Part shown: positions 1 to 8,064 of the stretch, piece by piece
Numbering within the stretch: the stretch's first letter is position 1
Layout: every line of letters begins with the position of its first letter
NCBI GenBank assembly: GCA_020723505.1
Contig: DYIT01000012.1
Coordinates: forward strand, 372 to 64,371
Direction of reading: 5' to 3'
DNA from: Candidatus Kuenenia stuttgartensis
GTDB lineage: Bacteria; Planctomycetota; JAKEIC01; DYIT01
Length of the DNA stretch: 64,000 nt
The notes under the pieces: model-generated
What the model saw: the letters and a program-made list of their open reading frames with translations, nothing else
Database searches by the model: none
What the model was told of the DNA's origin: nothing
Translations under genes and position numbers: made by a program

Positions 1-2
1 GC

Positions 3-1520
3 CGCTACCCGGTCATCCTTATCCAGACCCCGTACGGCAAGCACCGATTCGGGTCAGAAGTCGGCGAGGCGGCTGAGGACGCCCGGAACCGGAAGAAATG
101 GCCGGGGCGCTACGACCGCGCGAACTACGCGTATGTCGTCGTGGACTGGCGCGGGTTCTACGCATCAAAGGACGCGGCGACGGGCATGGCGCAGGGCATG
201 CGCGGCCGCGACGGCTTCGATTGCGTCGAGTGGGCGGCTGCGCAGCCATGGTGCGACGGCAAGGTCGGCACCTGGGGCGGAAGCGCGCTCGGGAAGCAGC
301 AGTTCGACACGGCAGCTGAAAAACCCCCGCATCTCGTCTGCTGCGTCCCTCTCATCGCATGCATGGGCCAGCGCTACGAGTTCTATTACTCAGGTGGCGT
401 ATACCGCGAAGCGCATGTCAAGACAATGTCCCTGCTGGGATACGCGGTGTCGAAGGTCAGGGAATCGCCGCTGCCGACCGACAGGATTTGGAGTTTCGCC
501 CGGAGGTTCACCTACCGCCCGGCGGCTCTCGACGTGCCGATGCTTTTCGTGACCGGCTGGTGGGACCATTTCCCGGACGAGATTCTCGACATGTTCGCGG
601 ACGTGAGGGAGAAGTCGGGGACTGCGGCGCGCAAGCATTCCAGGATTATCGTTGGGCCGTGGACGCACACCGGCGTCGACCAGTTGAAGCAAGGCGGGCT
701 CGAATTCCCTGACGCGCTGGACGTGGAAAAGAAGGCGAGCATGACCTTCTTCGATTACTGGCTCAGGGGAAAGAAGGACAACGGCTGGGACAAGACGCCG
801 TCTGTCCGCTACTACCGCGCGTTCGATTACGGCGAAGGCGGCTCAGGCAGATGGGTCGGATGCGGCGAGTGGCCCGGGGTCGCTGTCGAGAAGGTCAAGC
901 TCTTCCTTCATGCCTCCGGGGCAATCTCGAGGGAAGAGCCGCGCGAGGCGGCCGAAGCCTCACCGCTGACCAGGACCTACAGGCATGACCCGCGGCACCC
1001 CACTCCGACCCTGGGCGGGGCGAATCTCCCGCCGCTCGCCTCGGGCCCGACCGACCAGAGCGCCCTCGAGACGAGGCCCGACGTCCTCGTCTACTCGACC
1101 GGACCTCTCGCCATGCCGATTAGGCTCCTCGGCAACGCCGAGGTCTCGCTTTCGTTCACCGTGAACCGCGTGGATGCCGACTTCTGCATGAGGCTCTGCG
1201 ACGCGGATTCGAGCGGCAATTCCTTCCTCGTGGCCGACGGAATCACGCGCGCGAAGTTCCGCAACGGCGGCAAGCAGGAGCTCCTCGAACCCGGAAAGCC
1301 TTATTCGCTCACAATCAGGCTCCCGGCGACTGCGTACACTTTCCGCAAGGGCCGCATGCTGAAAATCTACCTCTCGTCCTCGAACCATCCCCGCTTCGAG
1401 AGGAACCCCCACACCGGAGAAGACTCGCCGGACCCCTCCGGGGCCCTCGACCTCGAGGCAGTCATCCTTCACGACAGGGAGCATCCGTCATCGATGGTCC
1501 TTCCGGTCAAATCAGATTAG
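3..1520 (+). CDS. CocE/NonD-family alpha/beta hydrolase (S15 X-Pro dipeptidyl-peptidase-like), 5'-truncated by window edge
   Basis: Frame 3 is open from base 3: RYPVILIQTPYGK..YAYVVVDWRGFYASKD..GTWGGSALGKQQ (nucleophile elbow), plus a C-terminal beta-sandwich part. The tracked ORF 141..1520 is only the piece after the first Met. Strong G/C third-position bias. Confidence 0.8.
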   Translation, partial: RYPVILIQTPYGKHRFGSEVGEAAEDARNRKKWPGRYDRANYAYVVVDWRGFYASKDAATGMAQGMRGRDGFDCVEWAAAQPWCDGKVGTWGGSALGKQQFDTAAEKPPHLVCCVPLIACMGQRYEFYYSGGVYREAHVKTMSLLGYAVSKVRESPLPTDRIWSFARRFTYRPAALDVPMLFVTGWWDHFPDEILDMFADVREKSGTAARKHSRIIVGPWTHTGVDQLKQGGLEFPDALDVEKKASMTFFDYWLRGKKDNGWDKTPSVRYYRAFDYGEGGSGRWVGCGEWPGVAVEKVKLFLHASGAISREEPREAAEASPLTRTYRHDPRHPTPTLGGANLPPLASGPTDQSALETRPDVLVYSTGPLAMPIRLLGNAEVSLSFTVNRVDADFCMRLCDADSSGNSFLVADGITRAKFRNGGKQELLEPGKPYSLTIRLPATAYTFRKGRMLKIYLSSSNHPRFERNPHTGEDSPDPSGALDLEAVILHDREHPSSMVLPVKSD

Positions 1521-1589
1521 GCCTGCGACGCTGAACCCGCAGGCTTGGGACAAGTCAGAGTCTTCAATCCTGATTAATCCGCTCCGAAA

Positions 1590-1808
1590 TCAGGACGCCC
1601 ATTGAATTTTGAGCTTTTTGCGGTTCACCGCGCAGTCACGAAGATACAAGTTAATGAGGTTCTGATATGGAATCCCGGCTTCGCCGGCCATGGCCTTGAA
1701 CCACTCTACCGTCGCCGTGTCGAGCCTTATCGTAATCGGTTGCTTCAGGAGCCTGACGTATGGATTCTTCCGCCCCTTCATTTTGCTGAAATCATAGTGG
1801 TTTCTCAT
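1590..1808 (-). CDS. brnA: BrnA-type antitoxin (RHH/CopG-like)
   Basis: 72 aa. YDFSKMKGRKNPY..ITIRLDTATVEWFK..GIPYQNLINLYLRD fits the BrnA pattern. 4-nt ATGA overlap with the upstream toxin gene. Confidence 0.8.
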   Translation of the reverse strand: MRNHYDFSKMKGRKNPYVRLLKQPITIRLDTATVEWFKAMAGEAGIPYQNLINLYLRDCAVNRKKLKIQWAS

Positions 1809-2110
1809 GACCGTCTCCAGTAATCGAGTTCCTCCCTTTTGTTCGCCTTCCGGGCGGAGATGATGCGTATCGTCTGGTCATCAATCCGGAAGCAATGACA
1901 GACGACAAGAACGCGCAACACGATGCTCATCCCTAGCATGATGAACCTGTCTTCATCCTCGGAATGATCCGGATCGAAAAACCGCAGGGCATTTTCGTCC
2001 AGGAAAACCGTCCGGGCCTCCTCGAACGAGACTCGATGCTTTCGCAAGTTATCCCGGTTCTTGCGTTCATCCCATTCGAATCTGATTTCTTTCATATGTA
2101 CATGATACAT
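1805..2110 (-). CDS. brnT: BrnT-type toxin (DUF497 ribonuclease family)
   Basis: FEWDERKNRDNLRKHRVSFEEARTVF..DRFIMLG..IRIISARKANKREELDY is the DUF497/BrnT signature. The start may be the internal Met at 2095. Confidence 0.85.
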   Translation of the reverse strand: MYHVHMKEIRFEWDERKNRDNLRKHRVSFEEARTVFLDENALRFFDPDHSEDEDRFIMLGMSIVLRVLVVCHCFRIDDQTIRIISARKANKREELDYWRRS

Positions 2111-2224
2111 ACATATTGCGAGGAAGTCAAGTTGGGGTTAAGTAACATGGAAAAGGACGAGGAATCCGGAATTCAGGAAGTGGAGCCGATTCTGCCAGAT
2201 GCTTCGTGTGGAATACGCGAGAAT

Positions 2225-3610
2225 TCAGGGCCTTGCGAACAGCGTTTTCCCCTCGCCGGTGATTACCGCCCTGCATATCGCAAGCGCGGCGGAGGCCCAG
2301 GGGGTCGAAACGACCGGGTCGTCCTCCTTGGCGTCCGTGTACCTGTTCCTCCACGCCCCGTCCTTCCCCTGCCTGCGCAGAAGCTCCGCAACCATGGCCG
2401 AAGCCCAGTCGGTCCTGCCGGAAGCCGTCTCTATCCAGCGGAGGTTCAGCGCCTGAAACGCATGCGCGGCCGCCCAGCACCAGTAGTAGTAGGCCGCGTC
2501 GCGCAGCACCTCGCGGTCCTTCGCGAAAGAGCCGGGGTTCCCGCATGCGAGGAAGTTCTTCTCGAGCCATGCCCGCGCCGCGGCGACCCGCGGATGCTTT
2601 TCCGGAAGACCGCACCTTACGAGCGCCCTCAGCCCGTCCGCGGTCATGCTCCCGTACGAGGCGTATCTCTTCTTCCCGTGAACGTCCACGCCCGCCACGC
2701 CTGCCTTGTTCTGCAGGGGATCGCCCGGCCTGAAGAAGAACCCGCCGTCGTCGAAGGCCGGATCCGCCTGCTCCGGGTCTTCGGGGAAGTTCTGGCAGCG
2801 CTTCACGAAACAGAGGATTTCCCCGAAGACAGGGTCGTCCTGCGGGATTTTCGCTGAGCGAAGCGCGGCGATGCCGAAGACCGTGGCGGACAGGTTGGAT
2901 TCCGAGAACGCCTCGGGCATGCGGCCTTGGGCGGGTTTGCGCGGAATGAATATCGAGAACCCCCAGCCACCGAAATCAGCGTCTTCGGGTTTCCACCCGA
3001 GCCGGCCGCTCAGCCTGCGGTCGAGCAGGAAAGCGAGCCATGCCTGCTGGGCCTTGAGATGCGCCTCGTTCTTGTTCGCGAGAACCACGACCCTGCTCGC
3101 CATCGCGGAGGTGTAGACCGGGTATTCGAATCCGCGTGCAGGCTCGATGAGGGCGCCGTCGCGGCTTACGAACGATAGCAGGAAATCGACGCCCCTTCTG
3201 AACGCTCTTTTCGCGTCCTCCCCGCCCTGCGGCATGAAGAAGAGGCTGCTCATGACGTAGGGCGTCAGCGCGTGACCGTCGCGGAAGCAGCCGTAGTTCG
3301 CCCCGCGCCACGCCCCGTCCGGGGACTGGAGATCGAGGAGGAACTTCGCGGCAGCCTCGAGCGAGGCGTCGATGGCCGCCGCGGTCCCGGTCGTTTCCGG
3401 CGCCTCGGCTTTCCGGTCCTCGGCCGCGGCGGCGAACCCGCATGTCGCGGTTGTGACAAACGCCGCCGCCACGCACAGGACCATGCATGCAAGGCCTTCG
3501 AGATTGAATGGGCGGGGCTCAGACCCGCCCTTGCAAGTTCCGTCCACGGTCGCACCCTTGCCAAGACAATCCACGGTGGCTTTCCTGCTGCTACGGTTCA
3601 CGGTCCCCAT
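2225..3610 (-). CDS. secreted prenyltransferase/squalene-oxidase-repeat (alpha/alpha toroid) protein
   Basis: Hydrophobic N-terminal anchor MVLCVAAAFVTTATCGFAAAA. Repeated Q-x-x-DG-x-W motifs (LQSPDGAWRG, RQGKDGAWRN). ATG lies 1 nt after the upstream stop, with a GGAGGAG SD. Confidence 0.7.
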   Translation of the reverse strand: MGTVNRSSRKATVDCLGKGATVDGTCKGGSEPRPFNLEGLACMVLCVAAAFVTTATCGFAAAAEDRKAEAPETTGTAAAIDASLEAAAKFLLDLQSPDGAWRGANYGCFRDGHALTPYVMSSLFFMPQGGEDAKRAFRRGVDFLLSFVSRDGALIEPARGFEYPVYTSAMASRVVVLANKNEAHLKAQQAWLAFLLDRRLSGRLGWKPEDADFGGWGFSIFIPRKPAQGRMPEAFSESNLSATVFGIAALRSAKIPQDDPVFGEILCFVKRCQNFPEDPEQADPAFDDGGFFFRPGDPLQNKAGVAGVDVHGKKRYASYGSMTADGLRALVRCGLPEKHPRVAAARAWLEKNFLACGNPGSFAKDREVLRDAAYYYWCWAAAHAFQALNLRWIETASGRTDWASAMVAELLRRQGKDGAWRNRYTDAKEDDPVVSTPWASAALAICRAVITGEGKTLFARP

Positions 3611-3611
3611 C

Positions 3612-4922
3612 CTACTTCTCCTCCCCCGCCTTGCTCCCTGCCTTGACCTCGACCGGCACTTCGGTCCTGTCCGCCATGAGGACCATGAGCGCGGCCGCGG
3701 TGCAGAAGGTCCTGCCGGTGATGCAATGATGCCCGCTCCAGCTCCCGTCCTGGTTCTGGATGCGACCGAGGTTGTCGGTCATGGCCTTGTCCCAGTCGGT
3801 CCAGGCCTTCCCGCCCTTCACGACCAGGCTTTCGCTGATGTGCATGTAGCTAAGGAACTCCTCGCCGCCGTTCGAGCCGAAGCCCCTCACGAATGCCTCG
3901 TCGCCCACCTTGGACGCGATTGCGCCCTGCGCCTTTTCGAGGTCCTGGCGGTTGTCCCTGTACCTCGCGATCTCATCCTTCGCTGCCGCGCGCGCCTCCT
4001 CGGTCTTGGCCTCCTTGAGCTTCTCCTCGGCTTCCTTGGCCTTGGCCGCGTTCGTGTTGTCCGAGTTCTGCATGCCCGCGAGGTTGCCGGCCGCGGCGTA
4101 TAGCCCGACGCCCGCCGCGCCATCGGCACGGAAGCTGCCGTCGCCGTTGAGCTGGCCCCTCGAGTACGTCTCGGCCTTCTTGCGGACCTCCTCGTTCACC
4201 GAGATCCCCTTCTGGACCGCGTAGTTGAGGGCCCTGGTCGCCAGCGACTGGCCCAGCACGGGCGCCCAGCCGCGGTTGTCCCACGTGCCGTTCGCTTGCT
4301 GGTTCTTCTCGAGTTTGCGCACGACCTTCTCGAGTGCCGCCAGAACCTTTGCGTCGGAATCCTTGCCGTTCGTTCTTCCCTTGACTTCCGAGAGGACCTG
4401 CGCGGCCAGGAAGGTGTCCACGAAAGTCCCGATCTTCATCTGGATTCTGGTGTTCCGCACAGAGGTGACGAACAACGAATCCTGATCCGATTCCTCGATC
4501 TGGCCGCACACGAACGCCACACCCTTCATCATCCTCTCGCCCCATTCGCCGTCGCCCGGCCTGTACCCCGCACGGAGCATGGCCAGGATGGCCATGCAGG
4601 TGTCGCCGACGTTGGACACGTCCCTCACTCCCTCCATGCCGTGGCCCATCGCCGACGACTCCTCGCCCTGGGCCCATCCGCCGTCGGGATTCTGCGTCTT
4701 CGCGAGCCAGTCGAGCCCCTTCTTCACAGCGTCCCCCAGCGGCTTGGGCTCGACAGCCTTCACCGCGCCCTGCTGCGCATCGCCGCCCTCGGGCGGCTTC
4801 CCATCGGGCCCCTCGCCCGCCAGTGCGCCGCTCCTCCCATGCCCTGCCGAAAGGCACAACAGGAACAGCGCCGCCGCGGCCATGAACATGGCCGCCGCAG
4901 CCGTTCTGGTCAACTTCTTCAT
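3612..4922 (-). CDS. secreted prenyltransferase/squalene-oxidase-repeat protein with coiled-coil insert
   Basis: Start moved to MKKLTRTAAAAMFMAAAALFLL (signal peptide; GGAGG SD 7 nt upstream). Repeats KTQNPDGGWAQG, NQQANGTWDN, QNQDGSWSG. Lys/Glu/Ala-rich coiled-coil segment in the middle. Confidence 0.7.
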   Translation of the reverse strand: MKKLTRTAAAAMFMAAAALFLLCLSAGHGRSGALAGEGPDGKPPEGGDAQQGAVKAVEPKPLGDAVKKGLDWLAKTQNPDGGWAQGEESSAMGHGMEGVRDVSNVGDTCMAILAMLRAGYRPGDGEWGERMMKGVAFVCGQIEESDQDSLFVTSVRNTRIQMKIGTFVDTFLAAQVLSEVKGRTNGKDSDAKVLAALEKVVRKLEKNQQANGTWDNRGWAPVLGQSLATRALNYAVQKGISVNEEVRKKAETYSRGQLNGDGSFRADGAAGVGLYAAAGNLAGMQNSDNTNAAKAKEAEEKLKEAKTEEARAAAKDEIARYRDNRQDLEKAQGAIASKVGDEAFVRGFGSNGGEEFLSYMHISESLVVKGGKAWTDWDKAMTDNLGRIQNQDGSWSGHHCITGRTFCTAAALMVLMADRTEVPVEVKAGSKAGEEK

Positions 4923-5316
4923 CTCTTTTCCTCCTACATCGGTTGTTTCTTCGAAGTTATAGACGGGCTTGGGCCGGAAAAGTTCCGCGATGCCCGACAT
5001 TTGTTTATACGACGGAAACGCCTGCTCGGAGGTAACGTGCTTGTAACAGCCGGAATCGGATGAAGAGCCGCGGTATGGAGACTGTCCGCAGAAGCCCAAA
5101 CTATGCGCATCAGGCGAAGGCGGGTTCATTCGCATCAACCTCACGGAAAGTGAGGTTGCGGGATGAAGAAAACCAGGCTTCCGGTGCGATAAGAAAGAGG
5201 AACGCCCGGGATGAGATTAACCGCCGAGTACGCCGAAGACACCGAAGAATAGAATTAACCGAAGAGAATCAGGAAGTTACTCACCTGCTCGCCCGTTCTA
5301 CTGCTCAACTGCTCTC

Positions 5317-5370
5317 AACCCGGACGAGCCTGATCTTTACATTCTTGTTTGGTTCCGGCTCGTCCGGGTT
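5317..5370. repeat. family-A hairpin (AACCCGGACGAGCC / GGCTCGTCCGGGTT)
   Basis: 14-bp perfect stem, 26-nt loop. Begins 6 nt beyond the histidine-kinase stop codon. Confidence 0.7.
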
Positions 5371-5375
5371 GGGGT

Positions 5376-7130
5376 TCACACTGGTAGCTTCAGCATGAAT
5401 GCATGTGGCGGACCGGGCCTGTATTCCAGATCCCCGCCCATGGCCCGGGCCCAGCGGCGGCAGAGGGTGAGGCCGAGCCCGACGCCCGGACCCTTGCCTT
5501 CGCTGCTGCTGCCCCTCGTGAACGGCTCGAACATCCTCTTCCTGTCTGCGGGAGGAATGGACGTGCCCCGGTCCGAGATCGTGAATTCAGCGAGACGCCC
5601 GGAAATGCGCACGGAAAGGCTCACTTCGCCTTCGCCGTACTTGCAGGCGTTGTCCACGAGGTTGAGCAGAATCTGGCCCGCTGCCGACGAGTCCATGGCT
5701 GCCTGGAAAGCCTCAAGGCCGCCGTCATCGAGGGAAAACCCCCGTCCGGCCCTTGCGCACCGGTCCTTGAGGGGCGGGACGATTCTTCCGAGATGGAATT
5801 CCATCGGCGCCGATTCGACCCTGGCAGGGGGCCTGTCGGATTCGAGCCGGGAATAGTCGAGCACGTTCTGCACGAGATGCGAAAGGCGCAGGCTCTCGTC
5901 CCTCAGGGTCGCATAATATTCGGGGATTTTCTCCGGAGGGACCATTCCGTCATCGAGCATTTCAGCGTACATGCGGAAAGTGGTCAGCGGGGTCCTGAGC
6001 TCGTGGGTGACCGCGGACACGAAGTCCAGACGCCGCCTGTTCAGGGCGAGAAGGCCGGAAATGCCGAGGAGCAGCGCCGCGGACCCGACTGCGAAGGCCG
6101 TCCAAAGCGCCGCAATGCCGATGCGCAGCGGAGTGACGAGGGGTTCCTCCTGACCTTCGACAGGGCCCGGGTCGATTTCAAGCGGGAGGACCGCGAGCGC
6201 GCGGTTGGGATCCGCGGGGCGGTCCGCTGGCTTCGGCACGAGCCTGGCTGAGGGGAACAGGTCACGGATCTCGTCTTCCGCGGCGGTCCTTATCGCCGGC
6301 CAGTCGAGCACCGCGCCCTGTACCAGCCTGTCGCAGCCCGATTCGACCCTGCGGACCAGCACAAGCAGGGGATCCCGGCCTGGACCGCCCGCAATCCATA
6401 GCGGAACCAGGCGGCTGACCCTCTCGCCCTGGTCCCATATCCGCGTGTTGCTCGTGTTCTGCTGGGTCGCCATCCTGTCGAGCGCCCTGCTTCTCGCGTT
6501 GTAGTCCTCGATGCCCTGGCTCTGATCACGCGCTACGGCCGAATCGCTTCGGGCGAACCCGCCGCCGGCCTGGGCCGCCGCAGCTTCGCTTCCGCCTGGA
6601 GCCGAGAGGGCTTCGTCGAGCATGCCGCGAATGCCCGCGGCGTCGATCGAGGATGAAAAAGCCCCGAGTCTTGAAGTGTTTTCGGCGACGGACACGGGCG
6701 AAAGGCCGAACTCCCCCGCCCATTTCGCGTGGACGCCCTTCGGGACCTGGGGCGACGCAAGAGCTCCGCGGGCGTCGAGCTCGAAGTTGAACGAAACCCA
6801 TTTCCCCGCGCTCTTCATGATCGGCGACGGCACGAGGACGTTCCCGGCGGCGTTCGACGCGCCTCTCGAATCCATGGACCTGTTCAGCGGAGAGAAAGCC
6901 TTGAAGTGGGACGCAGGCCTTGCGGCCTCCTCTGAAAGCAGAGGGGCGAGCATCGAATCGACCCGCCATGCCGCGAGCCTGAGGTCCCCATGAAGCCGTT
7001 CCGCGGCGCGGCTCTCCCGCCGTTCGCCCTCGAACTCGAGGAGTACCGATGTAATCCACCCCAGCCCCGCCGCGGTCGCGAGGGCCGAAGCAAAGAAGAC
7101 GGCAGGAGTCCTCAAAGACCGCCGTTTCAT
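5376..7130 (-). CDS. sensor histidine kinase (HisKA + HATPase_c)
   Basis: H-box VSAVTHELRTPLTTF. N box LLNLVDNACKYG. G box GKGPGVGLGLTL. N-terminal TM, large periplasmic region, second TM. ATGA overlap with the regulator gene. Confidence 0.9.
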   Translation of the reverse strand: MKRRSLRTPAVFFASALATAAGLGWITSVLLEFEGERRESRAAERLHGDLRLAAWRVDSMLAPLLSEEAARPASHFKAFSPLNRSMDSRGASNAAGNVLVPSPIMKSAGKWVSFNFELDARGALASPQVPKGVHAKWAGEFGLSPVSVAENTSRLGAFSSSIDAAGIRGMLDEALSAPGGSEAAAAQAGGGFARSDSAVARDQSQGIEDYNARSRALDRMATQQNTSNTRIWDQGERVSRLVPLWIAGGPGRDPLLVLVRRVESGCDRLVQGAVLDWPAIRTAAEDEIRDLFPSARLVPKPADRPADPNRALAVLPLEIDPGPVEGQEEPLVTPLRIGIAALWTAFAVGSAALLLGISGLLALNRRRLDFVSAVTHELRTPLTTFRMYAEMLDDGMVPPEKIPEYYATLRDESLRLSHLVQNVLDYSRLESDRPPARVESAPMEFHLGRIVPPLKDRCARAGRGFSLDDGGLEAFQAAMDSSAAGQILLNLVDNACKYGEGEVSLSVRISGRLAEFTISDRGTSIPPADRKRMFEPFTRGSSSEGKGPGVGLGLTLCRRWARAMGGDLEYRPGPPHAFMLKLPV

Positions 7131-7822
7131 GCCGTGTCACCTAATGAATAGCCGCTTCCCCTGACCGTGAGCACGGCGGAATCGCCCGGCGGGCCGAACT
7201 TTGCCCTGAGCCTTGCGACCAGCATGTCCACCGCCCTCGTGTCGAGCCCCTCAGCGTCGATGCCCCATACCCGCTCGAGTATCTCCCTGCGCGACACGGC
7301 GCGTCCGCGGTTCGCCGCAAGGTACGCGAGAAGATCCCCCTCGCGCGGCGAAAGCTCCCTTCGTCCGCCGCCGTCGAGGACAATCTCCCGCCGCTCGAAG
7401 TCCACCGTCCCGCCGGCGAGCCTCAGCAGGCCGGCCGGGTGAGGCCTCTCGGCGGACCGCCTGAGCACGGCTTCCACGCGGGCTATGAGCTCCTTTGCGC
7501 TGAAAGGCTTGACCACGTAGTCGTCCGCGCCGCCGGCGAGGCCTTGCACGCGGTCGTCCTCGGATCCTCGCGCGGTCAGGATGATGACCGGAAGCCTGGG
7601 CCGCGATTTCCGGACCTCGGCCAGGATTTCGAACCCGTCCCGCCCCGGAAGCATGAGGTCGAGAAGCATGAGGTCCAGCCCCGGGGCCAGGGCGCGATCG
7701 AGGCCGGATATGCCGTCCGCGGCTTCCTCGACCTCGAACCTCGCGAACCTGAGGGCGTCCGCGATTCCGCGCCGTATCGCAGGCTCGTCCTCGACCACCA
7801 GCACTTTCGCTTTCAAGCCCAT
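7127..7822 (-). CDS. OmpR/PhoB-family response regulator
   Basis: Receiver motifs VLVVEDE, LMLLDLMLPGRDG, VVKPF. Winged-helix C-terminus LTVRGSGYSL. Confidence 0.9.
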   Translation of the reverse strand: MGLKAKVLVVEDEPAIRRGIADALRFARFEVEEAADGISGLDRALAPGLDLMLLDLMLPGRDGFEILAEVRKSRPRLPVIILTARGSEDDRVQGLAGGADDYVVKPFSAKELIARVEAVLRRSAERPHPAGLLRLAGGTVDFERREIVLDGGGRRELSPREGDLLAYLAANRGRAVSRREILERVWGIDAEGLDTRAVDMLVARLRAKFGPPGDSAVLTVRGSGYSLGDTA

Positions 7823-8064
7823 TTCTTCATCATAATAACCCGGACGAAGCCAGCCCTGCGTACTTAAAATCCTGGCACAGGAGGCGAAGCAGGGCCGGAA
7901 CCAACCAGATGCAAACCCATGCTCGTCCGGGTCATATCACGCGCTTCGCGCGTGCCTTTCGGCGAATCTTTTGAATTCCTGCAAGAAACCACCGCTTCAG
8001 CGACCAGGCCTTGCCCCGCCCTTGCGGCTCCTCCGCCGGCGCGGCTGCGGGCAATCCCGCGCAA

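Noticed and set aside
4497-4508. A possible macroglobulin-type thioester motif in the toroid-repeat protein (VCGQIEE).
   Set aside because: The thioester signature is CxEQ (for example CGEQ). Here the sequence is C-G-Q-I, so the Glu-Gln pair is missing. No thioester claim can be made.
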